NCBI RefSeq assembly: GCF_009914755.1
Contig: NC_060935.1
Direction: 5' to 3' (one strand)
DNA length: 64,000 bases
Source: the human T2T-CHM13v2.0 reference genome, Homo sapiens
Shown here: positions 46,424 to 61,458 of the stretch, one piece after another
Position numbering within the stretch: position 1 is the first letter of the stretch
How the letters are laid out: each line of letters opens with the position of its first letter
The notes under the pieces: generated by a model
The model's database searches: none
What the model was told of the DNA's origin: nothing
What the model saw: the letters and a program-made list of their open reading frames with translations, nothing else
Translations under genes and position numbers: made by a program

Positions 46424-47599
46424 TTTATGGTCAGGGCATAGTTTCACTTCAGTTCTTTGGATGTTCAGACTGTGTCTTGTTCATTAGATCGGCTGCTTTG
46501 CCTGGCACGATGTCTGCCACACGCCTGATGCCTAATGAACATCAGCTATTGTAAACGTTTATTAAAAGTCAATGAATTATGTTCTTTTTTGTCACGGAGT
46601 ATAATCCCATGAGATGAGGAGCAGTAGGTGCCATCATCTCCCAATCGTGTATAAGGAATCGGAGACAGACACGTGTATTGTATACACTGGTGCACTCAGG
46701 GGCATTGACATGGGCCCTGTCTTGTGGTCTGGCTTGGTAGAGATATATTATCCTGCTCTGGTCATGTTTTCCCCCAGCAGCAGAATCTGGCCCTTGTCCT
46801 CCCTGCCTCTCCCTCTGGTGCTGGCCTGGGTGCCTCTCCACCGTGAAGCTCCCGCGTTCTATCAGACCAGCCTCACTCCCGTAGATAGTGGCTCCTTGTC
46901 AGTGCGAGAGCCAGAGGAGCAAATTCTTCATTACTGCATGGAGCTGACATGCAAGAACAATTGGACTAAATTGATTGTATTTTCCAAATCATCACCCGGC
47001 TTCTAATTCTATCTGTGAGATGGACTAATGTGAATGAGAATTAGCTTCTAAATTGAGAATCCAGGCCCTTGACCAGGAAGGGAGAAGGGGCCCTCCTGCA
47101 GTCCAAAAGGAATGAGGTTTCCAGGCTTGTAGTAGACGCAGAGGCCTTTTTTGGAAATGGTCTCTGTGTGACAAGGGAATAATGTGGTCTCTGTGGGGCC
47201 TGTCACTCTCCTCTACTGTACTCTACCCTCCCACAATGGCATCCATGCTTGGTGATGCCATCTCAAAACCAGTGAAGATGACCAGTGGGCATGAGTTCTG
47301 GCTCCCTTCCGCCCTGGAGGAAACTGAGGCAATGGCAGAGTCAGAATTTAAAAATCTTATACCCTCAAGTTAGAAGGAAGCCTGCAGGCGAAGGCATCCA
47401 CACTCCTACAGAATACTCTGTTCTGTACGACGTCCTTGAGAAGTGGCCATTCTGCTTCTGCTTGAACCCGATGGCAGAGATCCTTACTGCCTTCTAGACA
47501 ACCCATCCCATGTTTGGTCTGCTCTTTTTGGTGAAAAGTTCTTTCTCTTTTTCAAAACTGAAACCTGCCTCCCTTTGACACTTTGGGCTGTGTCCTCTT

Positions 47600-47760
47600 G
47601 AGTAGTACCTCTCATACTGTAAAGCACTTAGGAATCTTCTGATTCTGACTAGAGTCTGAATAAAGTGTAGATTCTGATTCTGGAGGCCCCGGAGGCTGCA
47701 TTTCTGAAGAGTGCTCGGGTAATGCAGATGCCTCTGGTCCACAAAGCTCACTTGGAGTGA
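47600..47760. mobile_element. MER5-like hAT DNA transposon remnant
   Basis: agattctgattc...ctgcatttct...gatgcctctggtccaca...cacttggagt. Confidence 0.55.
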
Positions 47761-47949
47761 CCAAGCTTCCTGGGCACCAGACAGGATCTAAGTGTGAAAG
47801 CAGCATCATGTCCACCCTTTGATTTCTCTTTACCAAGATAAGAGTCCTACATTCCATTAAATTCATAGTAAAAAAGTCGTATAAATTCATTGGATGTCAA
47901 TTCTGGGTGAAATCTTCTCCAGAAGGAATCTTGTCTGTAATTTGATTTA

Positions 47950-48080
47950 TTTTACAAAAGAGGAAATGCAGGCCCAAGAAGGCCCAGAGAGTTGCCTAAG
48001 GTCATGAAGCTGGTAGAGCTGAGAATAGCTAGAGTTAGGGTTTGCTGACCTAGGATCTTCTCTTAAACAGTGCCACCTTT
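47950..48080 (-). mobile_element. MIR
   Basis: tattttacaaaagaggaaatgcaggccca...ttgcctaaggtcatgaagctggtag. Confidence 0.65.
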
Positions 48081-48429
48081 GGATATTGGCAGCAGGAGCA
48101 GCAGAAGAGAGAGTGATTGACTGCAGTCCCCCCGCTGCTGTGTGAGGCAGGAGCACAGTGGGGCGGTCCTCTCCTGCCAGGGAAAGGGGGATGGTGTCAG
48201 ACAGATGGGTGAGAGGAAGGAGGTATCCATCAGAAGAGAGTGGGATGCCCATGGGGAGTGGGACAGGGAAGATGCAAGGCTACTGGGGACTCCTGCTGAA
48301 TAGGAAGAGTAAACGAAACTTCAGGGAAGAAAGTAGGGGTTGGATCCTTCACATGAATCAGAGGGAATGGGCAGCTATCCCTTCTATCCCCACAGTACTC
48401 GGCCCTTATCCCTGTCTACCCCTGGCCCT

Positions 48430-48590
48430 ATGTGCAGAATTCCCTGTTGAGTTCCATGTTTTCATACCTGCATCTTGAGGGCCATGTTTTGTTCACCACT
48501 GTTTCCCAAGCACCTAACCCAGGGCCTGGCCTTCAGTAGGTACTTAATACATATTTGTTGAGTGCATGAGTGCCTAAATAAATCATTAGA
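48430..48590 (+). mobile_element. L2 3' end
   Basis: cttgagggccatgttttgttcaccactg...cagggcctggc...agtaggtacttaatacatatttgttgagtg. Confidence 0.7.
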
Positions 48591-49329
48591 AGTAGGCAGT
48601 CAAAATCCAGGACTGTACAGCCTAATTAAGAAAATCTGATTACTGTATACATAGCAAATATCTTAATGGGAAAATGTGGTAATTAGACCTGGGATAACCA
48701 AGACTTGGGTTTTGGATGTGCATGGTGAGGGAAGTCAAGGACTCAAGGGCAAGGCCTAGGTTTGTGCACTGGAGAAGGAGGGGAATAGTGGGAGGAATAA
48801 TCAGATTTCCTAGGAAAACCCAAGGGTTCTGTTTTGGATGTTAAGTTTGAGATGAATATTAGCTAATTCAGGGAAGATTCTAAGTAACAGTTGGATACAG
48901 CTGGTCTCCCTGGACCCAGAGAAGCTGCGGGAGGTGCTAGGGGTGGGCTGAATCCCTCCCCACCGCCGAAGCTGAGAGAATGCTGCGGAGGCTACCAAGG
49001 CGTAGAAGCAGAGTGGCTTCATCCTGGAGTCCCTGTGGAGGGCGGGTGGCTTCCCACGAGGACTCACAGCAATCACAGTTCGCTGCTGCTCGAGGGAATT
49101 CAACAGCCTGCCAGGGCCCAGAAGGTAAATGTGGGGCATCTGAGGAAAATAAAACACACCTATGGGGACCTTCAGCAGGACAGAGGAGAGCAGCTGGAAC
49201 ACAAGAGTAGGTGGCTCTACTCGAGGACACAGAGAACAAACTAACTGTAGTGATTATGAAACTAGAGCACGAGAGAGGTTAAACCACAGCACAGTGAAGA
49301 CTTTCTGGAAGACAAAGTCCTGCTTTCCA

Positions 49330-49680
49330 AGTTGGAAAATTCAGTAGCTATGTTAAAGGAGATGGCAAGTACAGAGAAGTAAATCAGTGCCTTAGAAGAT
49401 CACGTGGAAGACAAATCTCAAATATGCAGCAAAAATGAAGAGTTGGAAATTAGGAGGAGAAATAAGATACTTGGAGGACAGATTCTGGAGGTTTCATATG
49501 TAAATAGTAGGCATTCCAGAACGAGAAAAGTGAACAGATGGAGAAGCAATAAATAAAGAAATAATACAGGAAAATCTTTTTGGGTTTGCCAAATACTTGT
49601 GTCTGAAGGTTGAGAAAGCTCACTGAGTTCTAGGTGAGACTGACATAAACATACCGCAGAGGCGCAGATTGGAAAATGCA
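49330..49680 (+). mobile_element. Ancient L1M/HAL1 ORF1-region fragment
   Basis: A-rich L1 ORF1-like text (aagatacttggaggacagatt...aatagtaggcattccagaa...aaagaaataatacaggaaaat). Confidence 0.55.
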
Positions 49681-50877
49681 CAAAGCATGCCTTCATCCTC
49701 TCTGGTCTCCCTGTATCCTGGAGACGAGTGTCTTTATCTAGGTATGTCAAAACTCTTAATACAGGTTGGAGAGGAGCTTGGGGAGAGGTTCCACGGGTCC
49801 CATCACTGGGGTGATGGGATGATAGGGGAGAGGAGGGGCTTCAGACCACAAGCTGCCAGGAGTGACTGGATGCAGGTTGATATCCATCCATCCGTCCACA
49901 GAAACACACAAAAAGCCAAATCTCAAATGCACGTTGGAGAGGAAGATGTGTTAGGAGCCAGTGTCTCGGTTCAAGCTCAGTCTCGGAGGACTGGGAGCCA
50001 TGGGCTTATTCCAGACACCTGGGCCTCTTCAGCAGAGGGCAAATTTGCTTCCAGGTGCATGGCTGCCAGTGGTCCTGAGTGGCCCAGTAACACATCACAG
50101 CACTGCGGGCAATGGGGCTTAAGAGCTGAGCCAGGATTCCACGTGCCGGCCCATCGCGGTTAATGTATCAGGACAGAGATGCCACAGCATCAGTTTGTGT
50201 CTTTCCTAATATCAAGGTACCAGGCAGAGCTCTTTGGAACAAAATACATGGGGATCACAACAAATTTATCAGACAGAGCAGGGCCTTTACCAAAAGCTCT
50301 AGTACTGCGGACATCCTGAGAGTGATGTAGCTGCTGACTACCTGGGATCTATGTGTTCCTGCAGCCCAGAATGATTGACGGTTTCAGGAGCAGGAGTGTA
50401 ATGTTAACTGGGGACAGATAGAGTTGGGTGCTATGGTGAAAGGATCCCTTGGCTGGGCATTCAGAAGTATCACTGTGGTCTCTCCAGCAGGAAGACTTGG
50501 GTCGACCCAAGGGTGGCCTTCTGCTGTGCTTTTCACTGAGCTGAGAGCATCAGGGCAGGTCGGGTGAGTAAATGAATACCGACACGCAGTAGTATGCAAT
50601 CTGGCCACACAACACAGACTTGGAGAGCCTGACAGAACAGAGAGGTCATCTGATCTACCACCCTCCTTCACCTCTTGGACTCACGTATAGGGGTCACAGG
50701 CATGTTGGCTAATGTACATATCAGCCCCTACGGTTTAGAAATCACTATCAAGAACATTATCTATTACATCCTTGCATTACTTCCATGAGAGAGTAGGGGT
50801 GGGGATTACTGTGCACCCATTTTATAGATGGGATAATTGGGAATTGAGAATCTTTTGCTGATAAAGGAAATAAGAAA

Positions 50878-51272
50878 CTGTAAGGATGAGTGGGCCCCAG
50901 TTCTTCACTCCTCTGTGTGTTGGTCCACATCCTTTGACCCTGCGACTGACTGTGCAACTTCCTTTGGACATTGCATGGGTGGAGGTGACCACGAGCCTGT
51001 TCTGACATCAGGCCCCAAGGCCTCCTGGGTTTCCACCTTGTCTTCCTCCTCTTTGCTGTGGGAAGAGTTGTTGTGCCCTCAGCCTGGGACCCAGAATAAA
51101 TACACGTGGAGCAGCCCCCAGCCTCCTGGCAATCCAGGGTCTACAGCTGGAAACTGAGCTGCCTCTGCTTCCCTGCTGATCTGTGAGAACAAACGACTAT
51201 TGTTTTACACTATTGAGAGTTTCTGAGTTTATTTTTGTTATGCAGAATTTTTATAGCAATAGCTAACTGAGG
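50878..51272 (+). mobile_element. MaLR LTR (MLT1G/H-like)
   Basis: ctcagcctgggacccagaataaatacacgtggagcag...tattgttttacactattgagagttt...ttgttatgcag...tagcaatagctaactga terminus. Confidence 0.7.
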
Positions 51273-54200
51273 CTCTTAGAGACAACATGTCACCTCACCC
51301 CTTGTGTGCAAAGGAATCACCTGAGGTACCTACTAAAACACTGACTCACTGGGCCCTAGTGGATTCTGATCACTAACTCTGGAGAGGGATCTGGAATCCT
51401 ATTTTGTGTTGCTCATCTGTGGTTCTTTGAGGTTGTTTGCCTCCCACACTGAAGGGGAAGACCTGTGTTATTTGTCTCACATTCACCAGTGGCTGGTGGG
51501 TATGTGGCGCACTTTCAAGAGCAGGACATTTGGCAGTCAGAGTCGAAATATTTCCCCCGTGGCCAGGCTGCAACAGGTGGAGAATGAGTGCGGTGGGGGA
51601 TTGCGAGTGGGTATAGCCTGAGTATTGAAACTTGGGACCCTCCTCTATGTGCTGTGAAGGGCACAGCTCTAATCTCACAGATTGTTCCGAGAACTTGGTT
51701 GATGCTGTTCTCTCAACTGCTTGCAGCTGCCGCTTCCCGGAGTGTGCCACCCCTCCCTGCACACACACATGCCCGCTCGCTCGTGCATACACACACAGGC
51801 AAAATGGCACTTTTCTTTCTGCAAAGATCAAATTGGCCTCCTTGTTGCCGGCTCAAAGCAGCTGTTTATTTGTTGTTTTCGTGTTTTCAACTGTTGTGAT
51901 GAGGTTTGCTTCCTTCTCCTTTAACTGAATTACGTGTCATTTAGCTCTTCAGCGCAAGCCACAGATTGAGCTGGAACCTTCTGTCATGTGGGGCTTCAGA
52001 TTTCTCCTCCTCCTACAACCCAATTAGATCAGCACAGCCATCAGGCACTGGGGCCCTGAGGCTCCTCACATGGTGTTTCTTTGGCTAGGCCTGTTGTCCT
52101 CCCTCCTCCCTGGGAGCTCAGCTTTGCAGGGAGGACCAGGCAGGAAGCTGAGGTTGCCGACAGAAGCATATTCTCTCTCCCAAACTTGTCCTCAGACCCA
52201 CAGCCTGTGGGTGGCGAGGAATTCAAGAACTTAGATCTGATTTGCCTTAGTTTATAGGTCCAGTGGTGACATTTAGTTGGACCATGTTAGTGTTTAGTTG
52301 GGTAAGTGAGAAGGAGAATAGAAACAGGATTGCCAAAGACATGGTGAGGATACATACATGGCTGGAGGCAGCGACATGGACCAAATGTTTTCAGAACCTT
52401 TCTTTTACGACTTGGGACCCAAGTTCCATCAACACCAAGTTGGAGGGGCCAGAGAAGCTAGCCATGGGCACATGTTCATTTTCCTGCTGCTGAGCCCTGG
52501 ACTTCACACCTGCCATTGAGTCCTATTTCTGTCTCTCAGCAGGACTATACCTAGACCATCAGTTGGGTGTGGAGAAATCCATATTGCTTTTATAAGTGAT
52601 TGGCTTGCTGTGTGACCATTGGCAATCATTAACCCTCTCTGAGCTGGAATCTTTTTAACTCTGAAGTGAGGTGGGTGGGCTGGATGAGCTAGGTCTAAGA
52701 TTCTTGCTGCCTCTAAATGCCTGTGATTTGCATGCATGGCTGTGTCTAAACTTAGTTACTTCTTAGTTATTCTGCAGTGAACTAGTTTAGCATCACTGTG
52801 ATAAAGAACCTTGATCCTAAGGTAAATGAGGCATAGTGCTGGGCTTGATAACATTCAAAGGGAACTGGGCAGACTCTGGAACCAACATCCTTAGACCTCA
52901 GGTTTATTTGGCAGCTGGTGTGCCTGGGGACTGTGGGGTCAGGAGACTGAGAATTGCAGGGAGGGCATCAGGGCAGGTTTCAGCAGCAGGGAAGCCAGCC
53001 AGATGGATTGCCAATGCTGGGGAAAGTTGGGGTAGGCTAAAATCTTGGCAGGTGGGGACTGCTTGGTACAGAGGCACCCAGGAGAAGGTCAGCCTGGCAG
53101 GCAGCGGTTGCAGGAAGGCCAGGCAGCTGTGAAACAGGACCTGCCATAGGGACTGAAGTTTCCTAGTCTGTGGAAAGGTCACAGTAAACGTGAGGAAATG
53201 AGTGCTGAGCAGCGAACAGAGACGGGGCTCCCATGGAAGGATGAGCATGAGCTGCCACAGGTCCACAGTGTCCATAGTGCATTGGGCCTGCAGGTCCCCC
53301 TATCCCCACCATCCCAGCCTCTCATGAGGCGAGAGCATCTTTAGGTGTGGGGACCTCACACTCTCCAAGGCAAACATTTTGATGGCAAGGCCCAGGCACC
53401 TTCCCTTTCGTGGGTGTCTGTCGGCCTGGGGTCCTCCCGGGCGAGGCAGGACTGGTCCTCCCTAGCATGCTGGGTCAGGTCTGCAGGGGCATTGGACATT
53501 CTCCTCCCCGGCCTCCCCTGCACCCAGCACTTCAACAGGGGCAGGGACGTATCCTGCTAGGAGCCAGAAGCTCACTGCACTCTGCTGAGCCCCACCTAGG
53601 TAAATCGCATCTCCTCACAGCAGGATTAACTGATGCAGGAAGATCATATACTTTTCCTTCTTAATGAAAACTCTGTGAAGAAATAAACCCCAAACAGAAT
53701 TCTGAATAGAGCAGTGCTATTTCTTAGAAGCAGAAGCCAGTGCTTTCTCTTTGTAGCAGGAAAGGAAGGAGGTACATCCAGGCCGCTGTCAGTGGTGCCC
53801 CTCCATTCCCTGGGTCTCATGTGGAGCTCAAATGCTCAGGACAGCCTCTCCGAGGGCCTTCAGTGGGTCAAACTCATGTCCAGCCAACTGAGAGGGACCT
53901 GAGGGAGATGAGAAAGCAAATTTCTTCTCTCTGTGGAGCCTCTGGGGCAGGGGTAAGGGGCTGCGAAGGAGCCTGTACCCTTGTGGCCCACTGCTGTTGG
54001 TGGGGTTGCACGGTTGCTGAGACCCCAACTGGTGGTGAGGACCTGGGGTTCCTCGCAGAATGTTAACCGGCGACGCTTTATCAGTTTTGCTGAGGGTCGC
54101 TTTACAGCCTGAATCAGAGCACCAGGAAGTTCACTGTCTGCCTCCGCCGTGCTCCACGGAGATGCCTTTTCCTCTTGGTGGAGCTACAGGTGCTGCATGT

Positions 54201-55439
54201 AAAAGGCTCTGTTGATTCTCGTGATTGTATTCATTTCAATAACATGCATTCCTTAGACAGGACACCATTTTCCAAACTTTGGTCTAGAAAACATGGTCAC
54301 CATAAGTAGAACTCAAAATTCAGGAATTTTCTGGCCCAAGCAGGGCCTTGGCCCTCCCAAGGTGAGGTGGGTGCCCCTAGGTTCGCCCCTCCTGCTCCCT
54401 CCTGCTCCCTCCTGCTCCGTTTTCACTCCCAAAGCGAGTACCAGCCACTCTACCTAGGTCCTCAGCACATGGACATCCAGTGGAGCTTGGGTTTGCTGGA
54501 ATTTGTTTTCAAGGTGAGTGCCTACTATGAGCCAGGCACTGGAGGCCCAAACAAGAGCAAGATTCAGTCCCTGCCCCCCAGGAGCTCACTGTCATGTATG
54601 GCAGAGGACTAGAAATGGAGAGATCATGCAATGTGGCAAATTTGCAGAGAGGCTTCTGAGCACCTGGAACTGAGTCTTCAAGGAGCAGCTATACTGGAGG
54701 GGGGCCTGGGCACAAGAGTCCTATGCAGGGGGAATGACAGATGCAAGACCCATAGACCCAAGGGGCATGTCATCTACATTTAACTTTTTTTCAGAGAGTC
54801 AGGGAGTGCAACTTCCACCTCTGATCCTATTTTCCTAGAAAATAACATTGCAGTGAAAAAAAACCATCCCACAAGAGTCCCCTGGTTCCAGCCCAGAGGC
54901 GGCTGCCCAGCTGTGAGAGGCAAAGCCAAACCAGAAAATAGCTCGTCTGCCTGCTGCCCAGTGATGGAGAGCACCCCGGGGGAAGGTTAGCACGGGAGCA
55001 TCATCATTAGATCAGCAGACAGTGGCTCCGCTCCCAGGCCCAGGCAGCCTGCTGGATCCGCTCTAATGATGGGAATTGGGCAACTAATTACCATGAAGTC
55101 ACCCCGTATGCAGCCACACGGCAACTGCAGGCTCCGTGGAATCAGTAGACAGGTTCTCCTCTCCTCTGTTCTTTAACAATGAGAGTCTTCACTTGCCTTT
55201 TCACGACACTTTGCAGTTGATAAAGAACGTTCATGACCGCCGATTTCTTATTTGCTGTGGGTATTATTTTTCTCATTCACTGGTGAACAAAGGAAGGTTC
55301 AAGAGGGGATCAAATTTACATTGTTAGGAGGTGGGGGAGCTGGGATTCGACATTGTTTTTGGACCACATCTCTTTCTGGTTTATCTCTGTGTCTGGCTTG
55401 GAAAAAAAGAAAGGAAGAAAATAACACGTATTGACTACC

Positions 55440-55600
55440 TTCCATGTGTGAGGCACTTTACCTCTGCGAACTCGTTTAATTAATAACACCCATTTTATAA
55501 GTTAAGAAACTGAGGCTCAGGGAAGACAAACGATGTGCTCAGTGTTGCACAGCTGGTGAGTGGTGAGTGGAGACTGGGCTTCAGGGCTGTCCGACTGCGC
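55440..55600 (-). mobile_element. MIR
   Basis: cccattttataagttaagaaactgaggctcagggaag...cacagctggtgagtgg. Confidence 0.7.
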
Positions 55601-57228
55601 CTTTCCTCTTCCTATGGCATCTCCACCCAGCTCTCCGCCTGTGGGTTGAGATTCTATGGAGCTCTCTTAGGTCTGTGCAATTGAACCTTGCAGGGGGGTC
55701 TGTGATTTTATTTCCTTCATCCAGCACCATACTTGGTGGGTCCTCTGCAACGTCTTGTCTGCTTGCGTACATGGTGGTCTCGGAATTAGAATTCACCTGT
55801 GCAGCAGCGAGGACCCTTTTTCTGGACATCCCCGTGGTTCTGCTGCTAGGATTTGTCAGGGCGTGCGGGCTCACCTGAAAGGCCACTGGCCTCCCTGCAG
55901 TGTCCATGGCTAGGGCCCTTGTCATCCAGCCTTGGTCCCAAAGACCCGTAGCCAGCGGGAGACCCTTTAGACTCCCCCGTCTTTCTCCAGCTTGTACTTC
56001 AGTATTGGGAAAAAGCACCAGGAGGCCGATTCAGTGTCTTAACAAGTGTGTCATCTCCTGCAAGTCTGGGGTATTCGGTTTGACCTTTGAGCCACAGATG
56101 GTAATGCAGAACTCAGATCGTATATTATATAATTGGAGTTATACAATTGGGCCAGTAAATGAGGCCTCCCAGAATTTGTTAGTCAGTAAGCAAATGCAGA
56201 CATGATAGTTTGCAAATTGGCTGGTAAAAACCCAGGGAAAAAAGGAATTTCGGGACCACCTGGTTTAAACTCTTCACTTGGCAAATGCGAAACTGAGGCC
56301 CGGAGAGGGGAGGGGGTGCTTCTGCATGTGCCGGTGACACACAGGCAGGCTGAGATTAGGGTTCATGTGTATGGGTGTCTTTCTTTCTTTAGTTGAAAAA
56401 ATTATGCCATAATGTTGCTACTGTCTACATCTTGCTTCTCATCTTCATTTTGGCCCAATTTACCCAATTAATTCAGATCAAAATGTTCATTCAGATTGTA
56501 AATTAGCTGAATAATTGCTGTATGGATCTCATCCTCACAGCTCTGTCAGAGAATCCCACAGCTTCAGAGAGCCCTCAAAGCCAGCATGGGCATACTCTGC
56601 CTCCAGGGGTAAAAGCCCTGCTGGGAAGGAAAGGCCGAGTGCTCCCCCATTACCCACACGTCCCACCCAAACACCACCCAGCACATGCAGGGAAAGCCTG
56701 AATAACAGCGGGAAAGAGAAAACTGGAGATCGTGAAGATGTTGATTCTTCCAACATTAACTTAGAAGTTTAACTTTTCCTTAAACTGTTTTTTTTTTTAG
56801 GAGAACAAAAAGATTTGAAAAAATAAATGTTAAGTTTATCTAAAAAATATATAGGTGAAAATAGCTAAGAATTATGACAGAGGAGTTGAATGAGGGGGCT
56901 TGCTTAAACATATGTCAGAACATATCATAAATCATTACTGACCATGGCAGTGTGGCTGTTCAGAGAGGTGAGAGATCTATTGAGGGTCACCCAAACAACC
57001 ATCCTTTATACAGGCAGAATGGCAACTCAGTGGGAGGGAGGGGCCCCTGAATATGTACCACAGGGAAAAATGGCTTTTTCTTTGCGAATAGAAAATGTTA
57101 GGACCCTGATTCATACCACAAAGCAAAAGGGACTAGGGGAGAAAAAACATATTAAAATTAGAGGTGAGAATTTAAGTCAATGCTTGCCTCTAGGTGTAAA
57201 GGACATTCCAGGCACGAATGTGATGGAA

Positions 57229-57394
57229 TTAGTGATGGTGAGCATATTTTTAGCATATTTTTTTTCATATGCTTGTTGGCTGTGTGTATGGCTTCTTTTG
57301 AGAAGTGTCTGTTCAGGTCCTTTGCCCATTTTTTAATGGGGTTGCTTGTTTTTTGCTTGTTAATTTGTTTAAGTTCCTTATGGCTTCTGGATAT
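57229..57394 (-). mobile_element. L1 ORF2 fragment (reverse) inside older degraded L1M DNA
   Basis: ttagtgatggtgagcat...ttcatatgcttgttggc...ttttgagaagtgtctgttcaggtcctttgcccatttttt. Confidence 0.85.
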
Positions 57395-57550
57395 TTATTT
57401 ACAACAGATTTGGCTATATATTTTTTAAAAACATCAGTACATCAAAAGGATCCTACAATGAAAAGGCAAAGGTTACAACTATCAAAGAAAAATAATAAAT
57501 TATGAGAAGGGTTCTTACTTATTATATTCATAAGAAAAACATTAAGGGCC

Positions 57551-57962
57551 TGCTATAGTTTGGGTGTTTGACTGCTCCAAATCTCATGGTGAAATTTAAT
57601 CTGTACTGTGGTGGTCTTGGGAGGTGGGGCCCAGTGAAAGGTGTTTGAGTCAGGAGGGCAGATTCCTCATAAATAGATTATAGCTCTCCCTGGGTCAAGT
57701 GAGTCATCCCTCTGTTAGTTCCTAGCAGAGCTGGTTGTTAAGAAGAGCCTGGTATCTTTCCTGTCTCTTTTGCCTCCTCTCTCTCCATGTGATCCCTGCA
57801 CTCCAGTTCCCCTTCACCTCTGCCATGAGTGGAAGCAGCCTGAGGCCGTCTCCAGATGCCCGATCTTCCAGCCAGCAGAATCCTAAGCCAAATAAACCTA
57901 TTGTATTTTCAAATTACCCAGTCTCAGGTATTCCTTTATAGCAACAAAAATGGACTAGGACA
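57551..57962 (+). mobile_element. Solo MaLR LTR (MSTB-like)
   Basis: TG...CA termini: tgctatagtttgg...ccaaatctcatggtgaaattt...aattacccagtctcaggtattcctttatagcaac...ggactaggaca. Confidence 0.88.
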
Positions 57963-58364
57963 GACCTCAGTAGGAAAATGGACAGAAGATTATATACATA
58001 CAATTTGAAATGCCAAGGACTAAGAAACATAGTAAAAATGTAAATTCTTTCCAGAAACAAATGTGTTAAAAATGAGAAACTATTTTTATGTACAATATTA
58101 GCAAAGATTTAAAAGACGTACTTTTAATTGGTTTCAAGTGTTGAGGATTACTAGTAGTCTTCTCAAATGGCAATTGCTGATGGAAGAATAAATCACTGCC
58201 TTTAACTGAAACATTATGAACACACATGTTGAAGCTTTTATACATGTTCAATTTGATTAAATAATTCTCCTTTCTTTTTGAGATTCATCCACAAGAATGT
58301 TTACCACAGTGTTATTTATAATGGCCATATGTTGAAAACAATCCAAATGTTCATGCCTTCTTTA

Positions 58365-58500
58365 AATAATTTATTCAATAAATACCAAGATCTGTTATGT
58401 TCTAAACACTGCATTAGACGTTGGGGACACATTGGTGAATAAAATGTATGTAGTTCCTGCTCTTCGTGGAATTCATCGTTTAGTGGGAAATACAAGCAGC
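58365..58500 (-). mobile_element. L2 fragment
   Basis: tttattcaataaatacc...cactgcattagacgttggggacaca...gttcctgctcttcgtggaattca. Confidence 0.65.
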
Positions 58501-60414
58501 AAATGAATTAACAAACAAGAATTGTCCAAAAATTATGGTTGAACAATGGTATTATTGTTCAGTATGTTCTGTCATGTTATATCCTTCTAATAAAATACTA
58601 TGGGACCATTAAAAGTGATGTCCATAAAGAATGACATCTGTCCATCCATCTATCCCTTCATCTGTCCAACAAATGTTTATTGAATACTTAATACACAGCA
58701 AGAACTAGGGCAGGCACAGAGGATGCAATTGTCACCACAAACACAGCCCTCACATAAGCAGGAAACCATGATCCTGTTGCTAAGGACTGTGATGGAAGTG
58801 ACAGATTTAATCCAAGAATAAACTCCTAACTCTGTGGTCACAGTCCCAGGTGTCCTAAACTTTGGCTCTCGTTGATCTTGTCCTCTTCTGGAATATGCTC
58901 CCCTTTCCACAGGTTACTCCTTATGACCTCCCCTTCTTTGTGTAGTCTTTCCTGATCACCCCAATTCAAACAGGCGTTCTTCTCCAAATTTTCTGGCACT
59001 TACCAAGTGAAACACTCATTTGACATTTATCACATTTTGTCCTTTATGGCCAGTTATTTGTTACTGTGTTTGCATTGCCCTTGCCAATGTGATGATAATA
59101 CTGTCCTCTTTCCATAGAACACTGTCTTCTCCCCTTTCCAGCTGTCCAACTCCTACTGAACACTCCCAGGCGCAGCTCAGTAGTCACGCCCTTCCCTGGG
59201 CACCCACAATGGCTTTTTGTGCGTCATAATTTGAGTCAATTAACCAGAATGTATTCCCTATAAGGCTAGAAAATCTATCTGCCTTGTCTTAGCATCTCTG
59301 GAGATGTCTAGCTCAGTGTTGGGGTCAAATAGGTGAGGCCATCAAATATGGAGTCAATGAGTGAATAAGGAATGAATTGAGGGCATTTTGAGGATGTCTT
59401 TAATGTGTTATAGATTACAGGTTGGCCATGTTATGCTTTCTTTTCATATTGCATACAGAGTACTATGCACATAGCAGGTGCCTAATAAATATAAATTGCC
59501 TTATTAATTGTGATATATATAATGATAACTTTGTTATTAACATTATTGTTCAATACTGCCATCCCTGCAAGTAATCTGTCACAAAGAAGCAGGGGCTTGG
59601 TCCATTTCCCTCTCACCCTTAGAGAGGAGAACTTCCTTCTGGGGCCATGTCTGTCCAGAGAAGACCCTTGTCTGCATCTGGGGGCAGGGCCCCTTACTTT
59701 TGTGCAGACTCGGTCCCCAGGCGGGTGCCTTCATGACACGCCTCACAGGAGGCATGACTCCCACCCAGGGCGTCACTCCGTGTGGCAGCCGCAGGTGGCA
59801 GGGGCAGACGCCTGAGTCTTCCTACAGTCTGTGCACCTGGATGGCACGTGTACCTGTGGCCCGTAGAGACATATTGGAGCAGCAGTCAAATACCTGAATA
59901 GTCCTAGAGGGTGGAGAGCCCATTACTAATGGAGAATGCCTATTTTCCCATCCGACTTACCTGCTAAGACAGGGGTCTGAGCTCAGGACCTAGTATCAAC
60001 CTAGGTGGTTTCTGCCGACTCTTTATCAGGAAGCAACGGCTCCTACTTCCCTCCTCCTGCAGAGTGGCGTGGTCTGCACCCCACAGTACCTCCTCCAAGC
60101 ATCTCAGCAAGGAGAGAAAAAAGGCACAACAAAACAAAACCCAAATATCCAGTTTAGCAGAGCCGCGCTGTCCAACTGGCTGTATATATCCTGACTATTT
60201 CGGTCCCTTGTCTTTTCCCCCTGAGTAAAGCTGTTCTTTTGATCCCAGCAACTCTGAGAGCAGCACGGCACTGAGATAACTTTTTATAAAAGTTGCTGGG
60301 GCATCATAGCCACAGAGAGGTCCAGCCTCTAAGACAGCGATCCTGCTGAGAGAACATCTCCCAGGCTTTCTCTTCCATCCTTGGTGCATGGGGCTTGGCT
60401 CTTGTGCCCGGTCA

Positions 60415-61260
<846 letters not shown>

Positions 61261-61458
61261 TCAGCCAGGCTCATGGTGTAGGGAGCTGGTCTTTCTTGGC
61301 CCTCACTGGGACCTGGCTGTCCATGAGTGGGCGGAATTCTGAAGCCTAACTCTTCTGGATCCCTTTGGCTACATCCTCTATTCCTGGGCCATGCCCTTCC
61401 TTCAAAGGCTTCAACCTCACACAGATCTGGGCTAGAACACGGGCTTGCCCCATATGTC

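Noticed and set aside
46066-46554. His-rich 'metal-binding' ORFs
   Set aside because: Artefact of the 56-bp minisatellite; the frame rotates with each unit because 56 is not a multiple of 3.
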